In this document: positions 1 to 12,976 of the stretch, piece by piece | How the letters are laid out: each line of letters begins with the position of its first letter | Numbering within the stretch: the stretch's first letter is position 1 | Source of the DNA: Octopus bimaculoides | Lineage: Eukaryota | NCBI RefSeq assembly: GCF_001194135.2 | Contig: NC_068995.1 | Coordinates: 20,232,394 to 20,296,393 of the forward strand | Length of the DNA stretch: 64,000 bases | Direction of reading: 5' to 3' | Notes under the pieces: generated by a model | The model's input: the letters and a program-made list of their open reading frames with translations, nothing else | What the model was told of the DNA's origin: nothing | Database searches by the model: none | Program-made: the position numbers and the translations under genes

Positions 1-589
1 AGAGATAGAGGGGGATGGGGAGAGAAACAAATTGATAGAGTTATATATATACAGATATAATGGTCAAGCACGTTCAGTATTTCCCCCAACAAAATGTTGG
101 GTCAAGCATATGTATATATTTGAGAGAGGTGGGGGACAAACACACACACAGACAGGCTGACACATAGGTGAAAGAGAAATTGATTAATAGATAGATAGAC
201 AAAAATACAATAAAAATACTCAAATATATGCATATATATACAGACATATAAACCATACATACAAACTTAGAAGCATAAAGGACAGACATTATTAAAAGTT
301 TAATGAGACAACTAATTCAACTGGTCGCTTTTCCTGTCCAGTCATTTGTTGTAAGTGCGTTCCTACTTGTCACAGCACAGATAAATTATATATGTATCAA
401 AATATATGTCTTCCTTTTAAAATCACTTCCAAACACTCCATAGCGTACTATTAATTAATTGGAGGGAGTTGTTTGTAAAGATTGTATATAGCTATACATA
501 TTCTGATAAAAGTCTAACAGAAAAAGAAGGAAAATTAAGGAAATTGTTTACCATATATTTCAGTGCAGGGTGTTTATGTATGTATGTAT

Positions 590-708
590 GTAATTATGTA
601 TGTATGTATGTATGTATGTATGTATGTATGTATGTATGTATGTATGCATATACGTGCGCGTGCGCGTACACACATACACATATACATATACATACATAAA
701 CACGCACG

Positions 709-739
<31 letters not shown>

Positions 740-740
740 G
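590..740. repeat. Compound (GTAT)n / (CATA)n microsatellite
   Basis: Direct reading of tandem tetranucleotide units. Confidence 0.95.
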
Positions 741-751
741 TTATATTATTC

Positions 752-933
752 CTTTCTTCCTTTATTTGTTTGTCATTTAACGGCGGCCACACTGGAGCAC
801 CGTATGGACCTAATCTTTGTAAGCCTAGTACTAATTCTATGGGTCTCTTTTGCCAAACCGCTAAGTTACGGGGGACTTAAACACACCAACATCGGTTGTC
901 GAACGATGGTGGGTGACAGACACACAAACACAC
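752..933 (-). mobile_element. SINE family A, 3' half
   Basis: Reverse complement of the 3' half of the copy at 30921-31345 (gtcccc gtaacttagcggtt...ctccag..tggccgc..aaatgac). Confidence 0.85.
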
Positions 934-1220
934 ACAATTGATAAACATCCTCAGAACGATTATATGGAAAAAGAAGGCAAAGATAAAATAGAAGGTAAAA
1001 AACGGAAAGAGTTCGTTAAAGCAATAGTCCTTATATTATATATAATGACTATTGCTTTAACGAACTCTTTTCTCTTTTATTCTTCTTTTGACACGTGGAA
1101 ATATGAAAGTCACCAAAATGTAAGACTATTACTTTAACGAACTCTTTTTCCTTTTTTTCCTTATATTTTATGTTGGCCTTCTTTTTGCATATAATCGTTC
1201 TGAAGGTGTTTATAAATTGT
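934..1220. repeat. Fold-back / MITE-like element with ~100-bp imperfect inverted arms and an internal perfect 24-bp hairpin
   Basis: 934-1033 matches the reverse complement of 1120-1220; aaagagttcgttaaagcaatagtc is mirrored by gactattgctttaacgaactcttt. Confidence 0.8.
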
Positions 1221-1510
1221 AACGGCAAATTCAAATTTACCCCATTTTGATAAATAGAAACAGCTGTAAACATACTCCTAATTTAATTTAATTGAACAAT
1301 GACTTCAAAGCACCGATGATCCACTTCTCATTGTTATTTATTGCTCCATTTCTTATCGTCTCTCTATATATATTAAACCACTGTTCTACCTTTAAATTAC
1401 CTACTACCGTATACCTCATAACGACTATACATACTGAGGTAATACACCAGGAGTGCCTATGGATACATCTATCCCTTAGATGGGATAGATGCATCCATAT
1501 ATATATATAT

Positions 1511-1833
1511 TTCTTTTATTCTTCTACTTGTTTCAGTTATTTGACTGCAGTCATGTTGGAGCACCACCTTAAAGAGTTTTAGTCGAAAAAATTGACCCCG
1601 TGATTTATTCTTTGTAAGCCTAGTACTTGTTCTATCGTCACTTTTGCTGAACCGCTAGGCTACGAGGACATAAACAAGCCAGTATCGGTTGTCAAGTGAT
1701 GGTGGTGGTTGTTGTAGTGGTGGTGGAACAAACACAGACACACGCACATAAACATATGTATGTATATATACATATATAGGACACGCTTCGTACAGTTTCC
1801 GTCTACCAAATTTACTCACAAGGCGTTGGTCAG
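1511..1833 (-). mobile_element. SINE family A, 5'-truncated
   Basis: Reverse complement of family A body, internal microsatellite and tail. Confidence 0.85.
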
Positions 1834-1880
1834 ATTCATACACACTTACATGCCTGCATGCATCGAGGAGCTACCTCCCT

Positions 1881-2343
1881 GTGAGATACGATGTTTTCAC
1901 AAAAACAATATATAAGGTCATCCGAAAGAGCAAAATGTTCTGGAATAGACAGAAATACTGGTGGAACATTCCCATCAAAACATCTGTCAAGTATAAGCAT
2001 AACACGCCGGATATTGTTATTTGGGATAGACAAGAAGAGAAACTGTGTACCGTCAAGAAGGGTCCGCTGTCCTGCTGATGTGAATATCTCTTTGGAAATA
2101 AGAGGAAGAAGATAACTATGGACAACTGCTTCGAAACCTGCAGCTTCTATATCCCGATTATAAATTTACATTCATAAGAAGAATATTTGGTACATTTGGT
2201 TTTGTGAGTAAATGCCTAACTGACAGTCTGGATAACTTTGAATTTTCAGAAAAAGAAAGCAACCAACTAACTCGCACATTACTAATACAGTCTGTAAGTA
2301 GAACAGTAAAAATATGCAAAACATTTCTCAGGTTTAAAATGAG
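1881..2343 (+). mobile_element. 3' fragment of a non-LTR retrotransposon with restriction-like endonuclease (R2/R4-type RLE), frameshifted
   Basis: Stitched translation KHNTPDIVIWDRQEEKLCTV..CPADVNIS..DNYGQLLRNLQLLYPDYKFTFI..GFVSKCL..SVSRTVKICKTFLRFKM* carries the PD..(D/E)xK RLE motif and the typical C-terminus. Confidence 0.85.
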
Positions 2344-4584
2344 ACATTGTTTCCATTATTTACATTCCAACAATGGAGCCTTGTATTTCTATAAGAAACC
2401 AGCACCTTCTTCAAATGAATTTAGCTGATTTAAAACAGAAGGATAACATATATAGATACATACATACATACGTTTATAATGGTAATTATTAAAGAACTTG
2501 GACATATAACTAATAGCCGTTGGATAATCTTGAGATGTTGAATTTCACAAGCGAGAAAAAGACAGCTTATTAAAAAATTATTGTTGCACACTATTAATGG
2601 AAATACGAAAATATGAACAATATTTCAAAAGTTTAGCATTTACTAATCGCTAGACATATGACTCTATTTGTGAGAAATTTGAAAACCAAAACTATACAAA
2701 CATACACAGATACACGTATATGTACATGCAAATATACAAAGAAAGATAGCAGCATACAAACACGCATACACACACACTTACATACATACAGACATACATA
2801 CATACATACATACATACATACTACGTACGTACGTACGTACATGCATACGCATGCATGCATATATTCAAGATTGTGCTGATAGTCGGAAGTTTTCCATATG
2901 AACAAAAATCAATATGCCACGTTACATTTTCAGTACTATTATTGGTCCTCAAGTTTGGATTACTTCAGTAGGCACTGGAGGAAATCCTTGCTATTGACAG
3001 ACAAATAAAGAGGATGGTGCCAACCATATCAACAACAATTTTGATAGATTCTGTCTAAACTTAAACGAAGAAGAATTATCAGATCTGTCCAAACACCTTT
3101 TAAACGCAGAATTGTTATGTCATAGTAATATGCTGTTAATCACATCTCTTTCGGTAAAGATTGGCACTGAACATAAGCTTTATGTTGTTATTCTTGTTGT
3201 TGTTTATTACTAATTCAGACCAGATCGAATATATTTATAACCAAAGGTGTTCGAATCTTGACGGTTCCTTTCATTTGCTAGGACTACCACATGCCCAATG
3301 TAGGATACAGTTTGGGGATAAATTATCTTCTATTACAGCTTAGAAGGAAAGGAAGAAAACCGGAGAACGGAATAGAGATACGAGTAGGCCATATAACTCA
3401 TCTTTCTGGGGAATTCGTATAAATGAAAAACACCGTTTTATTTTAATTAATTTTGGAAAATCTTGCCTCTCACAATATAGAAGCATTTCTCATGACTCCA
3501 GCAGACAAAATGGAAAAGGTGTTGCCTCGAGGATGGTGAAGGAAATCTCACTAGTTTAGAGTATTATGGTTTCTGGGGGTGTTACTCTATAAGTGACGTT
3601 GTGATGTGTTTATCTACTGTAGAGGCAGACTTCTTAACGGTCACATGTTACATGTGTCCGTTACATGTACACAATTCACTGATATAAGCTACACAGTATA
3701 AATGCTTCGTTCCACTCTACTTCTGTATTACTCTATACTGTTGGTCAGATGGGTACAGGTTTGTGAAGTTATGAGCTCTGAGAAACTAAATTACCTCAAG
3801 AACACCATTGAAGGGATTTTCTCAGATGCAACGTCTACGAACAAGTGAACTGTGAGAATCACACAATCACCTTTCTCTCTCTACCTCCTCTCTCTCTCTT
3901 TGTCTCAGGACAGAATAGTTGTGAGAAACTTTCTGCATTTCGATAAAATATTATGTATTAGTGTAAATACAACAAAAGGGCGTTTGTTACCTCTTATAGA
4001 TGGTCTGAATATCTGCGTCAGGGAAGTTCCTTTCCAAGCTATAGGCCCGAACATACTTATTTTAATGAAGTCCTGAAGCTGAGATGTACGAAAGTTTCCC
4101 TATACAGACAATCGGTATTTCAAGGGAAAGGCGATAGACCGATACAGTTTGTCACCAGTGTCGTCGTAGTTGTTACTTTGAGAAAGCGAAATGCTGTAAC
4201 AAGCGCGGCAAGACATCTAATCCACCGGTCGAGCGTGGTAGTTTATTCATTGATCCCAACAGAATAAAGCGCAAAATTGACATTTGCCATATCTGAAATC
4301 TGTGTGCAGAAGTTGAGAACAAATACCGCAACGTATTTTATCCAACACTTTATAGAATTTGTCATCCCGCAGAATTATTGTTAAATATATGTGAAATATG
4401 AAGAGTAATTGAGCGTAAGAGAGTGACTACAAACAATATTGTTTATTATTCGATTCAACAGTTATTTTTCTTATACGATGTTCACCATGAAATGGCTAGA
4501 AGTGGCTACATGGGCATTACATTATGATCGTAGATATTAGCTATGTGAAATTAGTGAAGAAGACTTACAGTATATCGATTTCAA

Positions 4585-4793
4585 ATTTTGACACAGGTCC
4601 AGCAATTTCGGCGAAGGGGCAACGTCGATTATATTGACCCACCCAGTATTCATCTATACTTATTTTATCGACCCCCGAAGGATGAAAGGCAAAGTCGACT
4701 TCGGCGGAATTTGAACTCAGAACATAAAAACGGACGAAATGCCGCTAAGTATTTTGCTCGGTATTTTAACTTTTCCGCCAGCTCGCCACCTTA
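4585..4793 (-). mobile_element. SINE family B (tRNA-derived), full length
   Basis: On the minus strand: ggcgagctggc.gaa head (box A), gagttcaaattc (box B), gtcgactttgcctttcatccttcggggtcgataaaataag body; degenerate ~16-bp flanking direct repeat aagac.taca.tata. Confidence 0.9.
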
Positions 4794-4934
4794 AAGACAT
4801 ACAATATACGGGTAGAACCGTTTCAAAGACGCTCGAAACTGCTGACATTACGTGAGTAATGTCTTACTATGAACTTTCTATGATGCTTTTTGTTTCAATT
4901 CAAGATATCAAAAACGAACCAACGGATGAGCTTC

Positions 4935-5100
4935 TGCGTCAAATCTCCCGCAAATTAGACCCTATCATCTTAAAACAAAGAGAAATACATTGGTTAATGT
5001 TGTTCTAGATACATCATGCCGTTAAAAACAATGCGGCTTTTACGGCTGGAAAGCAATTAATCATAAGTCTCCTCGACCAGGTTGACCTTGGGCTAAACAA
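4935..5100 (+). repeat. Interspersed repeat family D (aaatctccc.caaat..accct..c.tcttaaaa...gacct.gggctaaacaa)
   Basis: Related fragments recur at about 6.85, 8.75, 8.92, 12.6, 12.85, 32.2, 51.2, 54.1, 55.7 and 58.2 kb; class not determined, probably a SINE/LINE tail. Confidence 0.6.
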
Positions 5101-7557
5101 TAGAAACACTGATGCCAAATATTTTCCTCTTTTGACCCGAACACTTGGCGTTTGCATGCCATACTTAATAGATACACCCAGAAAGTGGGTCATACAATTT
5201 TGTAGAACATAATAACACAGGAAATGTCAATATGGTTTATTGCTAACGAAACCAATGTGCCTTCAGGAATGCCTTCGTTAATAACACTTACTGAAATAAA
5301 CCCAACGCCCTCCAAAAGCTATGTAGCACTCGGTTTACGAATAAAGGGTATAAAGGATATTGTATACATACGCCTATAAAGATAAAATTGAGCTAAAGGA
5401 AATAGCTCAAATAAGCCATTGGTATGGATTGAGATTATGTAGGTGCTTGCGTGCTAAATGCCATACGCAAAAATTCTCAATTAATTGAACATTTTCATCT
5501 TAGCCAGAGAAGACAAACACACACTCACTCAAAGAGAGAGAGAGAGAGAGATAGAGGGAGGAGAGGGGNNNNNNNNNNNNNNNNNNNNNNNNNNNNNNNN
5601 NNNNNNNNNNNNNNNNNNNNNNNNNNNNNNNNNNNNNNNNNNNNNNNNNNNNNNNNNNNNNNNNNNNNNNNNNNNNNNNNNNNNNNNNNNNNNNNNNNNN
5701 NNNNNNNNNNNNNNNNNNNNNNNNNNNNNNNNNNNNNNNNNNNNNNNNNNNNNNNNNNNNNNNNNNNNNNNTAAAACAATTCTCATATTTAAGGAGAAAA
5801 TTCATCTTTGTTAGTGCATAAGTCCATTCTGTACATCCATACGTACTTGGTTCATCTTAAAAGCATGCCATCGATTCATTTGAGTTATTTCCTTTATTGC
5901 AATAGTTTTTTTTTTTAGTTTTTTTTACCAAATTTATTATTGCTTGCCAAAAATAATTATTCATCTAACTGGGGTCGATTCATTCGACTAAAAAGTTCTT
6001 CAAGGCGGTGGCCCAGCATGGTCACAGTGTAATGGCTGAATGTTTGAAACAATTAAAAGATAAAAGATTAAAAAAGAATACTGCTTTTTTTTGTAAAAGT
6101 TTATGATTATTGATCAACTGATTTTGGGTTATTCATGTTCCGCCGACGAGGTCTGCAATATCTAGGCGTGGGCCCACTATCAAGGATCCTACAAGAACAC
6201 ACCACGTAAATGCCCCATCGAGGTTTCCTTGAAACAGAATGAATGTATACAAAAATTTCTAATTTTCCTCATTTCATGAAGTTATTCTTTAAAGATATAT
6301 CGAAAAGACCATCACGTTTAATTAGACGCAAGCTTATCTTCTAAGTGGAATTCATTTGTCTTCCATTCAAATTGTAACAATGCTAATTTTTGTGCATATC
6401 TATGATTATCTAATTTAGTGCGCCTTCCTTTTTACTTTTTATCGCTTGATGAGACTGTGATTCGTCTCTGAGCCTTCGTGAGTGACAGGAGGAAAGGAAG
6501 AAGTTATGACCAGACCGGAGTCCTGACTCAATTATGATAACTGAAACATACTGAACCCCACTCAACACAGCTAAAGACCGGGTGATGGTGTTAAACTGCG
6601 TTTCAGATTGAGTCTACTACTCAAGCAGCCCACAGTGGTATTTGAACTCGGAACACAGGGAACTGGAACACATGCTGCTATTCACCGTTCTAGATCGATA
6701 TTTCATTTATCGACTCCACAATGTTGTTTTCGGTGGGATCTGAACGCGGAATTCAATGATCCCGAATAAACAGCGCAAAGTTGTTTTTCTCTCCCATCAG
6801 ATGCTTTAATTACTCAAATAATTTACTGTTTAAAGATGGTAAAGTACGATTTAAAACGAATTGGCTGCTATTTCTAGTAAGTCGAACGACCATGTAATGG
6901 TTCTGTTCTTTCAGTTGTATTGATACTTGGTGTACTTGCCTTGCATTGGCAACTAAAATAATAAAACACATGCAACGAATTATAGCGCCAAGGCAAAGGT
7001 AGAGTATAGAAGTAGTTAGTATTATTACTGTTTAATCAAAATAGCTAAAACAAAAACAAAAAACAAAAAAAATTGTTAATATTTCAAAACTGAATCGTTA
7101 GAGAAAGCGAAAGATAAGCGATGCAATGTTTTGACAACCAGCTTGTCCACTGCACTCGTGATGAAGTCGACAACAAGGCAAGAACACACTTAACTGGCAT
7201 TGTGGAAACAATTTAAAATCATGATGTTAGTTAATAAACTCATGTTGTGTCTATAGAATTCAATATCACGGCAGGTTCAAAGTTCTTAACATATTGCACC
7301 ACCTTTCTCATGGGAATCATCGATGAAAGAATGCTAGCGGTATATTACAATAAATTGGTCACCATCGAACTAAGTCAGTAAGTTGGCGACAAGAGGTTAC
7401 CAACCGAAGTAAGTCTGAGATAGCAACAGAGAAACTTAACGCACTTCAAAAAGGACATTGTTTTTTCCATTAGACTAAATTTCAGTTGTTTTCACAGGAG
7501 GCCTATTTGTACGTATTAACTTTATTTTCAGTTAAATGGTAATTTATTAAATTGATA

Positions 7558-8385
7558 CCAAGCCAGATATCACGAGGATGGGATTAGTCAATCATACTGA
7601 ACACAGTCCTTCACTTCACTGTTATTTTCTTTTATCAACCTTGAAAGAATGAAAGGCAAAGTTCAACCAGGTGTTGTTTGAACTCAGAACTTACATAGCC
7701 GGAACAAATACTCCTAGGCACAAGACCAGAATTTTGGGGAAATGGTGCTAGCCCATAAGATCGACTCTAGTACTCGACTGGTACTTATTTTATCGACCCA
7801 GAAAGGATGAAAGACAAAGTCGGCCTCGACGAGATGCTTTTAAGTATTTTGTCCGATGGGCTAACGATTCTGCCAACTTACAACCGGAATAAGTAATGGC
7901 TTCAAATTTTGGCATAAGCCCAGCAATTTCAGGGGAGTGGGTGAGACGATTGCATGGATCCCAGTGCTCAACTGATACTTATTTTATCGACCCCGAAAAG
8001 ATGAAAGGCCAAGTTGACCTCGTGGGAATTTGAACACTAAACGTAAAGAGTCGGAAGAAATGCCTCTAAGCATTTATTCCGGTGTGCTAATGACTCTGTC
8101 TCCTCAACGCCTTAAACCCGAAACAAATAATGCAAGGCGTTTTCTCCGACGTTCTAACGCTTTTACAGACCACTGACCTTAATTTCTTAAATGGGCAAAG
8201 AGTCAGAAATTTGGATACAAGGGTTAGCCGATTATATCGATCCCATAACTTGAGTTCTTGGTTCCATATAAATTTATCGCCCCAAGAGCGATGAAAAGGT
8301 GTAATTGATATTAGTGGGATTTGAACTTAGAATGTAAAGTCCAGGAACAAATAACACAATGCATTTTCTCCGACGCTCTAACGGA
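7558..8385 (-). mobile_element. Head-to-tail cluster of about 4 SINE family B copies
   Basis: Four recurrences of (t)ttatcgaccc..aaagatgaaagg.caa..t.gacc....ggaatttgaac. Confidence 0.85.
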
Positions 8386-8633
8386 TTGCTTTCATTTAAG
8401 TATTCGGTAACGATAATCCCGCGATATATTATCTGGCAACGGTTAACGTGAATGATTAACCCCTTTCCTCCGAAATATCAGAAAGCACGAGACTGATACA
8501 CTGGCTTTTATATAAACAAATTCCAAATACAGCTTTTTATGGTGGCAAATGTTTAAGATACTTTAATATTTTCAGTAAGTAAAATAACTGGTTAAACTAA
8601 GTTCAGTCATATAAAGTTCTGTGTATGGTCGAA

Positions 8634-8668
<35 letters not shown>

Positions 8669-8675
8669 CAGAGAC

Positions 8676-8712
<37 letters not shown>

Positions 8713-8808
8713 GAGCGTGTCTACGTAGTCACTCGACTTGCTAGAAATAGCAACTAAATCTTCCTCAAATTTCAGAAATAGGTATACTTACGGATACATA
8801 CCTCCCTA

Positions 8809-8860
<52 letters not shown>

Positions 8861-9613
8861 GATGTGAATGTATAAACATGCACACACACGCACATACAGA
8901 GTCACTCAACCAGTTAGATACAGCAGCAAAATCTTCATATCACGTCCTCCTGATAAGAAAGAGGGAAAGACACACCGGATAATTATAGCACAGGGTAAAC
9001 CATGATGATCTTTAGTTGTTCGTGTTTTACTTGTTTCAATGATTGGACTGCGGCCATGCTGGGACACCACCTTGAAGGATTTTAGTCAAACAAATCGATT
9101 CCAGTATATATTCTTTTTATTTGTTTTATTCTTTTGTTCTTTGGTGCACCGGCAGTATTATCCACTTTTAATGAACATTGTTTTGTGATAGAAGGAAGTT
9201 TGATATTGCTGCCCTTTTTGAGGTTCTTGCCGTGATGGAGGTTCATTCGGGATCTTGGAGGGCAGAAAGTCAAGTTATTTCTTGAAAATATCTTCACCCA
9301 CTCCAGTTAGATCTCTCACATTGTGTTTTTAGTGGAGGGAGAGGAAGAAGCAGTTGTAGTACTTGGTCCTCACTCTAGACGGGATGGATGGAACCTTTGG
9401 AACGGGGCAGTGATGTCCTTTGCGTGGGGGGGGGGCAAGGAAGGCTGGTTATAACTCTCGGTTTGTATATATCACACAGGATACACAGAGAAAGAAGGAA
9501 AGAACTCAGGAACGAAAGAAGGAAAGAAACAAACCAACAAAACAAAGAAAGAAGGAAGGAACAAAGAAATACTTGAGAAAGAAATACTGTGAAAGAGGAA
9601 GAGAGAGAGACAG

Positions 9614-9616
<3 letters not shown>

Positions 9617-9695
<79 letters not shown>

Positions 9696-9720
9696 TGTGT
9701 CTGTGTGTGTGTGTGTGTGA
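9617..9720. repeat. (GT)n microsatellite
   Basis: Direct reading; one of many GT/CA arrays (for example 33695-33770, 34475-34535, 45660-45745, 63930-64000). Confidence 0.95.
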
Positions 9721-10199
9721 ACACAACGCAACGCAGACATCAAAAACAAATAGACTTTCACTATATTACAATACAGGTAGTTATTTTTTTGGTTTTGACT
9801 TTGTGTGTATGTGTGTGCATGTGTGTGTATGTGTGGTAGTGTGCGTGTGTGTGTGTCTATGCGTGTGTCTGTGTGTGTCTTTTTGCTTCTGTGTGTCTTT
9901 CAGCATAGAGACTACGCAACACGTATTTTAAAGAAAGACGTTCACTACAACAACAGCTTGCTGATGTTATGGTTATTAAGAGAGAAATACAGTGAAATTG
10001 ACAGTGTGTGTGAGTGTGTGTATGAGTGTGTGTATGTGTGCGCGCGCTTACGCGTGCAAGATAGATATGTAAAATGTTATCACCACAGAAACTAACGAGA
10101 CTTTCACTATGTAACAGTCTACTATTAAAAGATGGTACATGCAGGATTAAGAAATATTTTTACCGGCAGCGCAGCGACGGTTAAAAACCTAGTAGTTAT

Positions 10200-10395
10200 T
10201 AATTTCTAACGGTATAAATTTTTGTGGAAAGGTATATTGGATTATATCGATCCTACTTCTGGACTTGTATTTTATTTTATCGATACCGACAGGATAAAGG
10301 AAAGTTCCACTTCGACAGGATTTGAACTCACGATAACATAACTAAATACTGCATAAAACATTTGGTCTGGGGTTGTAAGGATTCTGTCGCTCCCG
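10200..10395 (-). mobile_element. SINE family B, diverged
   Basis: ttttatcgataccgacaggataaaggaaagttccacttcgacaggatttgaactca. Confidence 0.7.
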
Positions 10396-10805
10396 CCGTG
10401 CTCTCCTCTAAAATGGTTATTAGGACGGGTTCACATACGGGTTTACTGACCCAATCTTCACGATTTTCGAATTCCTAAATAATAACCAGACAGCGTTAAG
10501 TGTTCTGGGAATTTCTCAGCGAATAAGGAAGAAGAAGAAGAAGAAGAAGAAGAAGAAAAAGAAGAAGAAAAAGAAGAAGAAAAAGAAGAAGAAGAGGGAT
10601 TCTGAATTCTTTATTCTCTGCTGATGATTTTATGTCAGAGTCCGTTTTACTGTGGAAACGTGGAACCTGATAAAGGCATCTAAACCAGTCAACCGAAACG
10701 TTGGAAGAGACGCAAGAAGGTAACTCTCAATGATATCTTGTCTCGGACCGTCAGTTTTGTCATTCTGTCAGTGAAACATGGCGTAGCGCTGCGTAGGTTG
10801 CGGGG

Positions 10806-11510
10806 ATGCTAATGCTGCATCTGCTAGTGGTGCTTGTAGTGGTAGTGGTGGAGGTGTTTGTAGTGGTAGTAGCTATGGTGACGGTGACAGTGATGATGGT
10901 AGTGCTGCTGGTGGTGGAGGTGCCGGTGGTGGAGGTTGTAGCGATGGTGGTTATGGTGGTGATGATTGCAGGTGTGGTTACTGTGGTAGTGGAGGTTATA
11001 GTGGTGGTGATTATGGTGATGGTGGTGGTGGTTGTTGGTAGTGGTTGTGGTGGTAGTTATTTTGGTTGATGTTGTTGCTGTTGTTGTGGTGGTGGTGGGG
11101 GGGGGGGGTTACGATGGTAGCTATGTTTGGGATGGTGGGGTCGGTGTTGATGCTGGTCGAAGGGATTGTGGTGATTGCGTTGATGGTTCTAATTTTTGTG
11201 ATGGTGATGATAATGGAGTAAAGTAGTCCTGGAGATAAAGATATGTGGTGGGGTTTAGTGGGGGTTGGAGTGTTTGGTGGTAGCTGTGGTGGTGATGATG
11301 GTGGTGGTTGTCTACGTGAAGAAGTGTTGTTCTTCTACAAGATGTATTGCTATTATTTTTGTTGTTGTTGTTTTGTTGTTATTGCTTCCCTTCTTGTTAT
11401 TGTTCAAGTTGTTGTTGTTGGTAGTGGTCACCCTTTTCGAAATTATATTGCTTCATCTGTTGTTCTTGTTGTTCATGGTGGTGATGGTGGTGGTGGTAGT
11501 TCCTTCCTCG
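10806..11510. repeat. Degenerate (GGT/GTA/GTT)n cryptic trinucleotide low-complexity tract
   Basis: Source of the spurious Val-rich ORFs; similar tracts at 12915-13030, 13380-13900, 21670-22070 and 23230-23600. Confidence 0.85.
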
Positions 11511-12917
11511 AATAAACGAAACTATGACCACTGCCATTCCAGGTCCTAACAAACCCATCTTTTTAGTACCTTTTATTACATTAATCTAGTTAAATCCTTT
11601 GCAAGTCATTAGATGGCAGTTGTGTGAGATTCGGCTACTATATTCAGCAAATCAAGAGATCTTTCAAGGGTTCCTAGCAATTCAATGCGACTCCCTATTT
11701 GATTAATGTCTTCTTCACTGCTTCAAATTACCCTAGTTGACTGGAGACTTTAATCGATCCTATTTTTCCTCGTGAGCTGGGAGCTTTCTCGCAGGTTCAA
11801 GATACCTTTCGTGACTGATAGCTTCTCCGTTATTTCCCTTATTCTCTGGGTAAGTATAGGCGCCCTCGCCGGTTGGAGGTTTTATGATTCACAAGTGGTT
11901 TCGTAGTTGGCTGGTGGAGTCTCTGTTGGCTCAACACTACTTAGTTGGCTCAGTTGACCTTAGTTCTCTGAAGCCTCGCTGAGCAGTTTCATCCTAGTTC
12001 ACTGGAGGTTCCTCCTGTTAATCAGAGACGACGTAGGTGGCTGAAGGCTTCATCGTTAACTAGAAGATATCTCTATGTTTGGAAACTTCTCCTCCTCACC
12101 ACTTCGTCGGAGATTTACTGTTGAGTAGAGATATTTCTCTTGCTTCAAGCTTACTTTGTTGATTGAGCTAGTGGCTACTGCAGAAAAATAAAACGCAAAA
12201 AAGCATGGAGGGTATATTGGTGCTTAATTCCATGTCAATCTAACCCTGTTTGCGCAGAATATTGATCAAATACCTAACAACGCAACGTGATAGTCACGGC
12301 TTTCCAACCACATTTACAGTGTTTTGTTGCTAGGGATAGTATACTAAGAATATAATATTCAATGCGTATATGGACAGCTATTTCTTGCAGGTCAAAGGAT
12401 CTCGTAACTGCTCACTGTATTGTTTTGTTGTTGTTTGCCCCTCTCTCTTCCAAGTTGATTGAGTAAATCCGACGATCAAAGGCGTGATCAAAATCCTATG
12501 ATCAAATCCTATGATCAAAGTGTTTTTCTTTGGTGGGGGGTTACTATGAATAGAGAACACAGACTTTTACTATCCTAAACAGCACTTTTTAAAAGACGGT
12601 TGATAGGAGAAAGATTTGGTTGCTATTTCTACAGATCGAATAACAACATCGAGTTTCCTAATATGTGGTTGTTCTTGATGGATGGAACAATGGTAATAAG
12701 TGTGAGGAGCCCTACGATGAAAAGCATTCCTGCAAAGGCCACTTTTTACAGGATGGTTAGCAGAATGCGTAGGTATCTGGGAGCTAACCTACATTGGATT
12801 ATTAAGTATCAGATATCGTTTTGAAGACAGTGAGGTGTGATATGGTTTTTATTTCTCGCAGGTCGAGCGACGACGTGAACGACATCTTGTTGGCCGAAGT
12901 ATAATTATGATTGCGAC

Positions 12918-12976
<59 letters not shown>

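Noticed and set aside
11600-12220. GC-richer unique island resembling an LTR or retroelement leader
   Set aside because: I found no TG..CA termini, PBS, paired LTR or open frame, so it cannot be classified from the sequence alone.
12370-12910. Apparent splice acceptors (tatttcttgcag, tatttctacag, tatttctcgcag) and the ORF at 12600-12824
   Set aside because: The motif ttgg.tgctatttct.gcaggtcgagcgac is part of interspersed repeat family D and recurs elsewhere, and the downstream frames are not protein-like.
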